Source of the DNA: Limnochordia bacterium
GTDB lineage: Bacteria > Bacillota > Limnochordia > DTU080
Direction: 5' to 3'
Length of the DNA: 64,000 nt
NCBI GenBank assembly: GCA_050951545.1
Contig: JBMNJG010000013.1
Span: forward strand, 1-64,000
Positions 48,820 to 58,550 of this stretch are shown here, piece after piece. A program made the translations under genes and the position numbers. The notes beneath the pieces are model-generated. The model saw only the letters and a program-made list of their open reading frames with translations, ran no database searches and was not told where the DNA came from. Each line of letters starts with the position of its first letter. Within the stretch, counting starts at the first letter, position 1.

Positions 48820-51741
48820 ATGCACAAGAATCTGCGGCAACTTTTGGCCTTACTTGTCTTATTCGCATCATGCATAGCGCTAACCACGTCTACCGCAGCC
48901 GCCCCAGGGCTCACTATCCCCGAGCTCCGCCAAGAGGGTGACAGACTGTGGGCCGGCCAAGGATACCTCATGGAGCGAGACGGCATCAAGATCCTGCACG
49001 TGAAGGGTTCACCCATGGAGATGGGCATGCAGCATGCTCTCTTGCTCGGCGACGACGCAGATAGGCTTAGAGCCTATGTCGATCCGACTATGCAGGAGCA
49101 CAAAGGCTTGGATGCCTTGGCCTGGCGATTCCGTGATTTCTACATGACTGCCAAGCTGTCACCGACATTCGTGCGCAACCTGCCTTCACGGTACATAGAA
49201 GAGATGCAGGGGTTTGTCTATGCTGCTTCGGGCGGTCTGGAGACGGATGTGGAGCCTGTTCTGACCGGAAACGTCTTCCAGGAGCTAGCCCTGTTGATGT
49301 GCACGTCACTAGCCGCTTATGGTGCCGCCACGATTGACGGTCAACTCTACCACGCCCGCAATCTCGATAACAACCTGCCGTTGGAAATGGTACAGAGCGC
49401 GCTTGTGGCTATAGTGGAACCGGAGGGCCGCCTGCCCTACATCACGCTCTCCTATCCGGCCAACTTCGGCGTGATGCACGCCGTAAACAGTGCGGGCATC
49501 ACTGTGAGCATGAACTACTCAGTCAGCACTGATGCCACTATAGACGGCATGCCGTTCGTTTTCATGCTACGGGAGATTGCCGAAACGGCAACCACGTTGG
49601 ACGAAGCTGTACAGATCATCAAGGAAACTCCGCGGACGGTCGGGCTAAACATTGTGGTGGGCGACGCCAAAATACCACAGGCGGTGGTGGTGGAGGTTTC
49701 GGCTAACCGCTATGCAGTGCGACCGGCCACGGACGGCTTCGTCTCGGCTACCAATCGATATGCCACGGCGAGTATGCTGCCGTACCAGCTCCCTGGCTGG
49801 CACAGCTCGGCCCTGCGAGATGAGCGTCTGGCAGAGCTGGCTCAAGGTCAGCACGGCTCGTTTTCGCCGACAGTGATGGCTGAGGTGTTGCGAGACAAGT
49901 TTGCGCCTGGCACGCTTCCGTATTCGAAACTGCTGTTTGGAATCGAGAACGTAGCTACCATGGCCTCAGTGATCTTCGATGGCGCACGCCAGGTGATGTG
50001 GGTAGGGGTGCAAGATGCATCTGCGCCGGCATCAGATCGCCCGATGCTGGCCTTTAGCTTACCAGCGGCGTTGGCGGGTGCCGACCCGCGGCAGTCTTCC
50101 CTGGACATTCCGTTGCAGAACCCCGACGGTGAACACCGGCTGGACTGGCTCGAGTTACACGAAGCAGAGCGTTTGATGCTGGCGGGCGATTATCCAGAGG
50201 CCCAGCAGCGGCTCCACCCGTTACTCGACAAGTACCCCACGTCCGAGTACATACTGCTCCTCACAGGTTGGACGCACATGCGCCTGGGGGACCACGACAC
50301 TGCAGCCCATCATTTTCGGCTCATTACCGAGCTGGAGGAGGTGGCCAACGCTCGTTACCTGCAGGAGGCCACCTATCAGCTGGGCATCCTCGCCGATAGT
50401 AGGGGTCAGCGGCAGGAAGCGCTGAAGTGGTACAGAGCTTCGCTGGATGTAAACGTACCTGATGTGACTGGCCATGAGCACATCCGCAAGCAGGCGCAGA
50501 AGGGGTTGCTCAAGCCGCTGAGACCGTCGGAATCACTACTGGCTTCGTGGTGGCGAGCGCTCGTGTTCCTTGGCGAACCGGAGGCGTATCCGGCGCCCGG
50601 CGGCGAGGTAGTCTCTATCTCGGTTCTGGGAGTCCACCGCACCGATCCGACGTGGATTACCAGATGGTTGGGCGTAGACATCGGCGACAGAGTCACCGGC
50701 GATAGTGTCAGAGCTATGCGACGGTCGCTCCTGTTGCTCGGCGCCTATGAGGATGCCGTAGTAGCCACAGTGCCTCTGGGTGAGGAGAGAGTGCATCTGG
50801 TCATCCGCATTCAGGAGGGTTTCGGTCTGTACAAGGAGCCAGTAGGGTTTATCATAGATACGGCCATCGGTCTGTCCCAGCAGACGCTAGCTCTGCGATA
50901 TGACAACCTGGCCGGAAGGGCGATCAACGTTGGTGGCGCATACAGCTGGGGTCCATCTCGCCAACGCTTAGCCTACGTCGAGGCTCCTCTGAGCTTGGCT
51001 GGAGCGAACCAGATCAGGCTGCAGGCGCAGACGCACCTGGTTTCCTACGAACCTGAATACGGAATGTATGCTGGTACGAGGGAGACGGTACATCGGCAGG
51101 AGTTCCAGGGAGCGTTGAGCCGGGTACTCAGCCCGACGTGGATGCTGACAGTGCGAGGTCGCTTGTTTGATAGCCGTACAGAGACGCTACAGCCCACGGC
51201 TGGTTATACGCCAACAAACGGACGCTTCGTGTTGGCCACTAGCACCCTAACACGCGCTAGCGGGAACAGAGCGAGGGCGAGCACTTTCACCATCACCCCC
51301 GGTCTGTTGGTTGCCCCGACAACTGAGCACCAGGCACTTCCACGCCTGTCGGCAGAGCTGGATGTGAAAAGTGCGGTCGGCCCTCGCACACAGCTGGCCG
51401 TGTTCGGCGACGTCGGCTGGATGGATGAAGAGACCCCGCTGGTGAACCAGTACTGGCTGGGCGGTGGCCACACTCTGCGCGGCTACGCAGCGGTGATCCC
51501 GACTACCACGTTTGCCCATGCCACGCTGGAGTGGCGTCGGTTCATGCAGGATAATCTGTACGCGGCGGCGTTCGCCGATGTCGGTGTTTTCCACACAGCC
51601 AGTGGAGCTCAGTCTTTGTGGACTCCTGGAGTGTCACTGCGCTACCAAACGCCAGTGGGTCCGGAAGTACGCTTCACGGCCGCACACGCTCCCGAGCAGC
51701 AAAGCTGGCGATGCGATTTTGGTTTCGCTGCAGCCTGGTAG
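48820..51741 (+). CDS. C45 Ntn-hydrolase - TPR - POTRA - Omp85/BamA barrel fusion
   Basis: Signal peptide; KGSPMEMG.QH, LMCTS nucleophile, HARNLD, ATNRY; TPR helices; POTRA (ISVLGVHRT..LGVDIGD..LVIRIQE); LGGGHTLRGY; terminal Trp; RBS AGGAGG. Confidence 0.8.
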   Translation: MHKNLRQLLALLVLFASCIALTTSTAAAPGLTIPELRQEGDRLWAGQGYLMERDGIKILHVKGSPMEMGMQHALLLGDDADRLRAYVDPTMQEHKGLDALAWRFRDFYMTAKLSPTFVRNLPSRYIEEMQGFVYAASGGLETDVEPVLTGNVFQELALLMCTSLAAYGAATIDGQLYHARNLDNNLPLEMVQSALVAIVEPEGRLPYITLSYPANFGVMHAVNSAGITVSMNYSVSTDATIDGMPFVFMLREIAETATTLDEAVQIIKETPRTVGLNIVVGDAKIPQAVVVEVSANRYAVRPATDGFVSATNRYATASMLPYQLPGWHSSALRDERLAELAQGQHGSFSPTVMAEVLRDKFAPGTLPYSKLLFGIENVATMASVIFDGARQVMWVGVQDASAPASDRPMLAFSLPAALAGADPRQSSLDIPLQNPDGEHRLDWLELHEAERLMLAGDYPEAQQRLHPLLDKYPTSEYILLLTGWTHMRLGDHDTAAHHFRLITELEEVANARYLQEATYQLGILADSRGQRQEALKWYRASLDVNVPDVTGHEHIRKQAQKGLLKPLRPSESLLASWWRALVFLGEPEAYPAPGGEVVSISVLGVHRTDPTWITRWLGVDIGDRVTGDSVRAMRRSLLLLGAYEDAVVATVPLGEERVHLVIRIQEGFGLYKEPVGFIIDTAIGLSQQTLALRYDNLAGRAINVGGAYSWGPSRQRLAYVEAPLSLAGANQIRLQAQTHLVSYEPEYGMYAGTRETVHRQEFQGALSRVLSPTWMLTVRGRLFDSRTETLQPTAGYTPTNGRFVLATSTLTRASGNRARASTFTITPGLLVAPTTEHQALPRLSAELDVKSAVGPRTQLAVFGDVGWMDEETPLVNQYWLGGGHTLRGYAAVIPTTTFAHATLEWRRFMQDNLYAAAFADVGVFHTASGAQSLWTPGVSLRYQTPVGPEVRFTAAHAPEQQSWRCDFGFAAAW

Positions 51742-51846
51742 AAGGCCTTGTACTGGCTGGGACGAGGTGCATTGGGGGTGGAGGCGCATGGCCGTAGAGC
51801 ACCGCCGCTGATGCGCGGAGTTGTAAGGTAGACCGAGTGAGGGAGG

Positions 51847-52779
51847 ATGGCCGAGATCGTGGAAGATGCGCGTGTTCGCTCTGCAGCGTTTTCGTGGTTG
51901 GCCAAGCAGACAGAGAAGCATGGCGATGTGCTTCCACGCAGTCTGCTTGCGACTGGCTTCGAACTCGACGGGCAGCGCGTTCACCTAGTTGGTCCACAAG
52001 GCATCTTCAAACCGAAGGTGCTGGATGAGTTGCCACTATCGATCACGACTGCTCCTGGTGGCCGCTATGATGATGCATTCGATGCCAACGGGCTCTTGCG
52101 GTACCGCTATCGCGGTTCTGATCCGGATCATCCTGACAACCGCCGCCTTCGGTTGGCATGGCGCCGTGGTGTGCCGCTGATCTACTTTCATGGCATCGTT
52201 CCTGGGAAGTACTTAGCCGCTTGGCCTGTGTACATAGTTGGCGACGACCCCTCGGGTCTATATGTTACGGTTGTACTTGAGCAACCGAACTACTTCGACA
52301 TAGCTGACGGGGCTGCAGACTTGGCTGGGGCTTTGGGTGGAGCTGACTTGGCCAGGGAAGCTGGTCGCAGTTACGCTACAGCTCAGATGCGGGTACGACT
52401 CCATCAGCGTTCGTTTCGGGAACGTGTCCTGGAGGCGTATCGACGACAATGCGCGTTCTGCAGATTTCGACACGAGGAGCTGCTGGATGCTGCTCACATC
52501 GTGCCTGATGCCCACAGCGAAGGCGAGCCGATTGTACAGAATGGTTTGGCTCTGTGCAGTCTTCACCACAGAGCCTTCGACAGGCATTTCATAGGAGTCA
52601 CGCCAGATTACCGCATTGAGGTGCGGCCAGACATTCTGGAGGAGAGCGACGGCCCAACGTTAGTTCACGGTTTTCAGGTGCTCCACGGGAAGAGGATCCT
52701 ACTGCCGAGAGCTTCGAAGCTATGGCCTGATCGCGATCTCTTGTCGAAGCGGCATGAGGAGTTTCGGGCGGCCGTGTAG
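51847..52779 (+). CDS. HNH endonuclease with SRA-like N-terminal domain (putative type IV restriction enzyme)
   Basis: GIFKP, YDD..LRYRYRG, DN..L; CAFC..LDAAHI..NGLALCSLHHRAFD; RBS GGGAGG. Confidence 0.85.
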   Translation: MAEIVEDARVRSAAFSWLAKQTEKHGDVLPRSLLATGFELDGQRVHLVGPQGIFKPKVLDELPLSITTAPGGRYDDAFDANGLLRYRYRGSDPDHPDNRRLRLAWRRGVPLIYFHGIVPGKYLAAWPVYIVGDDPSGLYVTVVLEQPNYFDIADGAADLAGALGGADLAREAGRSYATAQMRVRLHQRSFRERVLEAYRRQCAFCRFRHEELLDAAHIVPDAHSEGEPIVQNGLALCSLHHRAFDRHFIGVTPDYRIEVRPDILEESDGPTLVHGFQVLHGKRILLPRASKLWPDRDLLSKRHEEFRAAV

Positions 52780-52797
52780 TGCGTAGGGCTGCACGAC

Positions 52798-55083
52798 CTA
52801 TCTGACGATTACCTCATACCAGAGCGTGCGATAGTCAGGGCCGATGGCAAAGGCACTGCCTGTGTCGGTGTTACGCACTGGCACCTCTGTCATCCGCTCC
52901 CCATTCTCACGGAGAGCATAGACCTGTACCCGATCGGCAGAGGTCGTCAGCTCTACATCCGCTGGAATACCTTCAACCCGAACAGGTGACGCCCCCCAGG
53001 AACCATGAATAGTCGCCCGCGTACCTGTCAGTGGAGTTAGCAGCATCCCTGTGTTCTCGCTGTAGCCTGTGGCCGTGAGCAAGGCCCTGAACGGACCAGC
53101 GAAGCTCTCACCGTCATGCAATGTGAGCGTGATGGTAGACCACCCATCAAGTCGGGTGTTACCCGGCTCAATCGTCACCTCATGCAGGTCGAAGCATCTG
53201 CCAGCTCCGTAACCGACGACTGCCTTGGAGCGAGAGGTGTCAATGGTAACCACACCTCGATCGGTCTGCGTACGATCCCACATCAGCTCCTCCGTATCCG
53301 TCACATGGCGGAGGCCAGAAGAGCTGGGGATCTTCGCTGTGACACCGGGAGTGATCGCGTCAAGCGTCCGGGTCATGCGATACCGCAGGGGGAGTGTCGT
53401 CGGGACACCCCTGGACCAGGCGTTGTAGTTGGTACCCATGTTGGTTTTCCGTTCGGCCATCAGGCTTTTCTGCGTAGCATCGGTTAAGGGAATCTGCACG
53501 ACATCTACCCCCGGCTGCACATCACCACGCAGTAGCATAGCTGTCGCCGCGGGCAGAGTCGCTTGCTTTACCGTATGACCTTTGATATTGAAGTAGTTCG
53601 TGATCCGCATGGGCCAGTAATCCCGCGACAGACTCCAGTCGAAGACGGTGATGCCGTCCCAGTCTTGGAAAGCTCCATATGCACAGGCCAGCACAAAGGC
53701 CTCGGAACCGTAGCTGTTAGGCGCCGGATGATTGTACTCCGACAGAGTGAAAGGTTTGCCCTCGACACGCAAGCGTGCTGCCATGGACAGCGGTCCGCCT
53801 CCATCGTGGTTGACCAGTGAGCGGTTTTCCACATAGAAGGAGCTCCACTGGTTGGAGGAAGAGGGAGTGGTAGTCTGCGGATGAGCCCAGTACATGTGGG
53901 CGTCGACGTAGTCGAGCTGTGCTTGGATACTGGGCGGACTAAGAGTGATCTGGGTCCCGGCTACTAGGTTCTTGGCACCCAGCTCTTCCTTAATAAACTG
54001 GTACATGCCGGTGAAGAAGGCCTGCTCCGTATCCCAGATGAAGTCAACATAATCACTTTGACAAATTGGCGTGCGTTGGCCTGCTTCAGTCCAGATGAGG
54101 CGCCTTACTCCAATCTCCAGACTCTCGCCTTCGGGCAGTCCGACTAAGCCTCTAGCTGGTGCGGAGCTGTCACCCCAGGCTGCCCGCAGTGCTGCGGTTG
54201 TGCCGTATTTCCTGGCCAGCCAAGCGGTCCATTGCTGTTCGAGCGGTGCCACGAGATCATCGGGTGTCTTGTCAAGCTCCCCACGGTTCCAGGTGTAGAA
54301 CAGGCCGTCTTCGTTATTCAGCTCAACCTGGACTAGAGAAGGCTCTTCCGCGTAGCGATGGCCAGTGTACGGGTTGCGATGGGTAAGCAACTCCCTGATG
54401 TGCTCCCTATGCAGTACGGCTACATCGGGGTGGAATATGTCTAGACCGCGGTCAGAACCTGGCCGTTTGTCGGACAGAGGGAACCCTTCCTGCGGCTGCA
54501 CGGTGCGAGATGTCTTCAGGTTGAAATTGACATAGATCCCGTTCTTCTTGAGTTGGGCAACGAAGTAGTCGAGGTTGTCTAGTTGGTCAGGGTCGATGCG
54601 GCGGGGAAACACTCCGGCCTGGAAAAGGCCATCAGGAGCTTCATAGCGCTCGATATTGTGAAAACGTACCAGGTTGATACCGAAACGGGCCAACTGAAGG
54701 GCCAGTTTCTCGGCATCGGCGTGGGACGGAAACGCCGCGTTATAGCAGAAATTGACGCCGAAAAAGCGGATGCGCTTGCCGTCGCCAGTGTAGAAACTCC
54801 CCTCATGCGCTGTGATGAAGCCTGCTTTACCAGCTGGCTTGTCGAGCAGGTGGGAAAAGTTAGTTACGTTGTCGGGGAAGAGATCGCCCTGAGAGACTGT
54901 GAAGGGAAACAACGGTGCGAAGCCCTGCTCGGCAGCATTCACCGGACCAGCGATGCCCAGCAGAGCAGCAACAAACGTACAGATGAGCCATGCCCCTCCA
55001 ATCAGGGTCGGCAGCCGTGCGTCGTCGCGATGGATGATCGTAGTGGGGGTTGGGCGCCCATGCGCCGTCGTTGTGTCAGCCAT
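52798..55083 (-). CDS. Secreted clan GH-A (GH5-like) glycoside hydrolase
   Basis: RFFGVN, GINLVRFH, LDYFVAQLKKNGIY, ELNNE acid/base, KPFTLSEY nucleophile. Confidence 0.8.
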   Translation of the reverse strand: MADTTTAHGRPTPTTIIHRDDARLPTLIGGAWLICTFVAALLGIAGPVNAAEQGFAPLFPFTVSQGDLFPDNVTNFSHLLDKPAGKAGFITAHEGSFYTGDGKRIRFFGVNFCYNAAFPSHADAEKLALQLARFGINLVRFHNIERYEAPDGLFQAGVFPRRIDPDQLDNLDYFVAQLKKNGIYVNFNLKTSRTVQPQEGFPLSDKRPGSDRGLDIFHPDVAVLHREHIRELLTHRNPYTGHRYAEEPSLVQVELNNEDGLFYTWNRGELDKTPDDLVAPLEQQWTAWLARKYGTTAALRAAWGDSSAPARGLVGLPEGESLEIGVRRLIWTEAGQRTPICQSDYVDFIWDTEQAFFTGMYQFIKEELGAKNLVAGTQITLSPPSIQAQLDYVDAHMYWAHPQTTTPSSSNQWSSFYVENRSLVNHDGGGPLSMAARLRVEGKPFTLSEYNHPAPNSYGSEAFVLACAYGAFQDWDGITVFDWSLSRDYWPMRITNYFNIKGHTVKQATLPAATAMLLRGDVQPGVDVVQIPLTDATQKSLMAERKTNMGTNYNAWSRGVPTTLPLRYRMTRTLDAITPGVTAKIPSSSGLRHVTDTEELMWDRTQTDRGVVTIDTSRSKAVVGYGAGRCFDLHEVTIEPGNTRLDGWSTITLTLHDGESFAGPFRALLTATGYSENTGMLLTPLTGTRATIHGSWGASPVRVEGIPADVELTTSADRVQVYALRENGERMTEVPVRNTDTGSAFAIGPDYRTLWYEVIVR

Positions 55084-55115
55084 GGTGTAAGCTCCCTTCG
55101 CGCGTCTATGCCGAA

Positions 55116-55559
55116 TCACTGGTCTCGCTGCTGTTCCAGATATGCGTTAACATGTTGGGCGAATTCAACAAAATCGTCGAGTTGTTCCGTAAGTACGCGG
55201 TGCACCTCTCTCAGATCGACTGCGGTGTATTCGTGGACAAGGATGTTCCGAAAGCCTGCCATCGGCGCCATCCGTTCGGCGAATGCCTTGGGCAGAATAC
55301 CCAATGGGGCCAGGGCTGAGATATTGTCGCGATATCGATCGGGAACTGGGCCCCCGAGCGAGGCTACACAGTGCGACGCCACATCCAGCACTGACTGAAC
55401 GCAGAGTTGCAGGCCGTGCTGGACCGCCCAGTACACTTTTGGACTGGCCGCCAGTTCATCCAGCGTCATTCCTCGGTACTCCCTGAGCACCTGCACGGCA
55501 TCAATCAGGTACGTCAAGCGCCGCTCAATCACGCCGCGGTCAGGCATGGCCCCGGTCAT
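55116..55559 (-). CDS. HepT-like DUF86/HEPN ribonuclease toxin
   Basis: GFRNILVHEY (R-x4-H); overlaps the upstream antitoxin stop. Confidence 0.9.
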   Translation of the reverse strand: MTGAMPDRGVIERRLTYLIDAVQVLREYRGMTLDELAASPKVYWAVQHGLQLCVQSVLDVASHCVASLGGPVPDRYRDNISALAPLGILPKAFAERMAPMAGFRNILVHEYTAVDLREVHRVLTEQLDDFVEFAQHVNAYLEQQRDQ

Positions 55560-56029
55560 GGCTGTTCACCTCGTCTCGGCCGCAGGGCGGCCAGTTGTCG
55601 TTGCAGACGGGCGGCTTGAAGGTTGCGCAGTGGTCGGGTATCCTCGTACTCTTGGAAGGCCCTAATGGTGAACTCCGCAATCACTTCCATATTGACAGCG
55701 TAGAGAACATGCCCGTCGCGAACCACGCGATGCAAAAGCAGCGGTGGTGCGCCGTTCAGGATGACCACGTCAACGTCGGGGCGTTCCCATATGCTCATCA
55801 TGTCCAAAACGAGTTGTGGGCGGTTTACTCGGGCTTCCACCCCGCCTCGGGTGAGAAGAACGCCCAGGTCGAGGTCGCTATCAGGACGTGCCTCGCCCCG
55901 GGCCAGCGAACCAAAAAGGAATACTGCCGCGATCTCAGGCCGTTGAGAGAAGTACCTTCTCAGTTGTGTCATTTTTCCGGTGGAAAACACGGCCTCGGGT
56001 GCACCTCCTAGCCCTCGCCTCTTCGGCAT
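55556..56029 (-). CDS. MntA-like minimal nucleotidyltransferase antitoxin
   Basis: FLFGSLARGEARPDSDLDLGV (GS-x10-DxD), VDVVILN; start uncertain. Confidence 0.88.
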   Translation of the reverse strand: MPKRRGLGGAPEAVFSTGKMTQLRRYFSQRPEIAAVFLFGSLARGEARPDSDLDLGVLLTRGGVEARVNRPQLVLDMMSIWERPDVDVVILNGAPPLLLHRVVRDGHVLYAVNMEVIAEFTIRAFQEYEDTRPLRNLQAARLQRQLAALRPRRGEQP

Positions 56030-56313
56030 GACGCCCGTGCTGTCTTATTCTGGCCCCCGCCTCACTCGTGACCTCACTGTGATTCGTTCTCTGTTGACAG
56101 TCACTCTTCCTTGGCGGCGTGTTCTCGAAAAACCCACGACAGTCAGCTCTCCTGCCTGAGGGCCGAGGACGAGTATGAAAATGGTGACTCGTGGCCACAG
56201 GGTAGTCTTTCCCTCGTAGATCAGGTACAGTTGGCACATGATTCGCGTTCCACGCGTGGAGGTTGAGACGTGGGCGAACAAGCAGTCCCTGTAACCTAGG
56301 CCCGTACGCAAAC

Positions 56314-56620
56314 GGGCGATCTCACCAGTTTGGCCTCCATCAGTCCCGGACCCGGCTGGTGAGTCGGGGCCCGGGGCCGGTTACATTGCCCAAATCGGCA
56401 AGAAGAGGGTGATGCTCACTGGTTTCACTTCCGTCAGTCCCGGACCCGGCTGGTGAGTCGGGGCCCGGGGTCGGTTACATTGCCCAAATCGGCAAGAAGG
56501 GGGCGATGCTCACTGGTTTCACTTCCATCAGTCCCGGACCCTGCTGGTGAGTCGGGGCCCGGGCCGGTTACATCACCCAAATCGGCAAGAAGTGGGCGAT
56601 GCTCCAGTTTCATCTTCGAT
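56314..56620. repeat. Tandem array of three ~94-bp structured repeats plus a partial fourth
   Basis: Units start at 56321, 56415, 56509, 56602; core CAGTCCCGGACCC.GCTGGTGAGTCGGGGCCCGGG..CGGTTACAT..CCCAAATCGGCAAGAAG. Confidence 0.95.
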
Positions 56621-56889
56621 CACAGGAGGCCGACCAGGCGACGAGGCGGGTTCTGGGCAGGGCAAGATGGCTATTGGGCGGAACATTGTGATTTCGAGGC
56701 GGTTACAGCCGGAAGCGGGGCGCCCGTTGGCGCACCACTGGTCTGCTATTGTCACGACTTGTGCCGAGGGCACCTGGCGAGGGCATAGGGGCACCCGCTC
56801 TAGCGAGCGGCAGCGAGAGGTTGCTGAAACCCCTACTGTGAAGGGGGACAGATGATTCGAGGCTATGGCGCACTCTTGGCCGTCGTTGG

Positions 56890-57918
56890 CTACTCGCTGG
56901 CGGCATCACTGGCGGGCGCCCAGCCACCCTTAGCCGTCTCGCGGTAGAAGCGGCTCCTCAGATCGAGGTACCTGAGGAGTTTCTTGTTAAGGTCGCTTCG
57001 CAACGGCAGCAGTTGGCCAGCCTTGAACTTCATGGTGAGCCAGGACAGGTCCTTGGCATGGATCACAACCAACGTGACGTTGTTCTTCTCACACAATTCA
57101 CGCTTGGTCTTGTCACGTTCCATCTGCTTGGCGACCACGTCAGCCGAGAACCGTTTGGTAGGGGTGTAGTGCTGTGGCCCGTTAAACTCAAAAGCCACCG
57201 CCTCGAGGTCATAGTGGCGGTCGAGCTCCAGTAACATGCCAGTAGCCGGGTTGACTAGAAAACGGGGAGACGCGTTGTCTTTGTGGTCATCGGAGTCGAA
57301 AATAGCCGATAGGTATTCCTGCATCAAGGCCTGTCCGAAGAACTCAGCCTCGTCGAGTCGCTGCTGCGCCGCTAGCAGTTCATCCATGTACCTGCGGGCG
57401 ACCGGGTTGCAGAGGCTGAAGCAAATGGGAGCCTGCTTGTGCTCTTGCTGCATCTCCAGCCAGCCCAGCTTGGCCAGTTGTCGAGCAGCCCGCTTGACCG
57501 TCTTGGCACCTAGACTCATCATCCGAGCCACAGACGCATATGTGAACACGCCCTGCAAATTACGGTAATCCGGCGTGGCCTGCAGTGCACCATAGACCAC
57601 CTTGGCCTGAGCACTGACTTCGGTGGCGATGATCAGCTCAGTAGGCATGACCACTCTTGGCCCCGACAGCTCTTTTGCTGGGGCCTGGTTGACGCCTGTG
57701 GGCAGACTGTACCAGCCCTTAGTGGTTAGCTTTGCCGTAGCCTTGCGGACGGTGGGTCGGGACAAACCGGTACGAGCAGCCAGGCGAGTGGGCGATAGAC
57801 GAGCTCGCTCCCCCAACTCAGCGTCGAGTGTGAGGGCCAGCCAGACTACCTTATCCGTCGCTCTTAACTGGCTAGTGAGCAGCAACGAGATCGGCACGCG
57901 AACCTCTTCGATATCCAA
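56890..57918 (-). CDS. Tandem winged-HTH + PD-(D/E)XK/DUF559-like endonuclease (paralog 2)
   Basis: RBS GGAGGTGG + TTG 57918; HTH repeats SPTRLAARTGLSRPTVRKA and YASVARMMSLGAKTVKRAARQL; LELDRHY..AFEFNGPQHY..QMERDKTK; colinear with 21136-22191. Confidence 0.82.
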   Translation of the reverse strand: MDIEEVRVPISLLLTSQLRATDKVVWLALTLDAELGERARLSPTRLAARTGLSRPTVRKATAKLTTKGWYSLPTGVNQAPAKELSGPRVVMPTELIIATEVSAQAKVVYGALQATPDYRNLQGVFTYASVARMMSLGAKTVKRAARQLAKLGWLEMQQEHKQAPICFSLCNPVARRYMDELLAAQQRLDEAEFFGQALMQEYLSAIFDSDDHKDNASPRFLVNPATGMLLELDRHYDLEAVAFEFNGPQHYTPTKRFSADVVAKQMERDKTKRELCEKNNVTLVVIHAKDLSWLTMKFKAGQLLPLRSDLNKKLLRYLDLRSRFYRETAKGGWAPASDAASE

Positions 57919-57935
57919 GGGCGCCACCTCCAGCC

Positions 57936-57968
57936 AGAATGTCTGTTCGGGTCCCGAATACATGTTCG
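57936..57968. promoter_or_regulatory. Two adjacent LexA/DinR-like boxes
   Basis: Minus strand CGAACATGTATTCG (57955-57968) and CGAACAGACATTCT (57936-57949), directly upstream of the RBS. Confidence 0.68.
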
Positions 57969-58159
57969 GCACACTCCGGTAGAGTTCCTCCATCAAAAGG
58001 TCGATTCAGACAAGACCAGAGGCGGCGTGCACCCAGCTCTTCAAAGCGAGGCGCGCTGATGCACGCGTTTTCCGGTCGTGATGGGTCGCATCTGGGTAGG
58101 ACAGTGCTAGCCCGCCGCGGTGACCAGTGCCGTCCTGCCAAGGTAGACCAGTGCACACA

Positions 58160-58209
58160 CCAGTTACATCACCCGATTCGGCAAGAAGCGGTCGATGATC
58201 ACTGATCTC
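58160..58209. repeat. Degenerate half-copy of the 94-bp unit upstream of paralog 2
   Basis: CCAGTTACATCACCCGATTCGGCAAGAAGCGGTCGATGATCACTG vs array CCGGTTACATCACCCAAATCGGCAAGAAGTGGGCGATGCTC. Confidence 0.85.
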
Positions 58210-58550
58210 GTGGGCCCACATGGGCACGATGTTGATCGGAGATGCCAGCGGCCTTCAGTTGTCATCCGGAGAAGATGCCTGCGACTTCTCTCGGTGTTTG
58301 CCGTTCGTGACAAGGTGGCTTCTTGCGCGTAGGGTGCAAACACCGACCGCCGTTGCCTCGACTTCTGTGTGTCGTTGGCCGCCCACATGCCTATTGCCCA
58401 GGGTACCGAGACTTGACGCAGGCCCGTGAGCCGAGTCTGAGCATCGGGTTGTATGGTATAGTAGATCGAGATGGTAGCGGTTGATGGGGGAGTGCTGTGT
58501 ACACAGATTATGTCGAATGTGACCGCTAAATACGTGGAGAGGCCGATCAC

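Noticed and set aside
56314-56620. CRISPR array
   Set aside because: Units are repeated along their whole 94 bp with no unique spacers, and there are no cas genes in the window.
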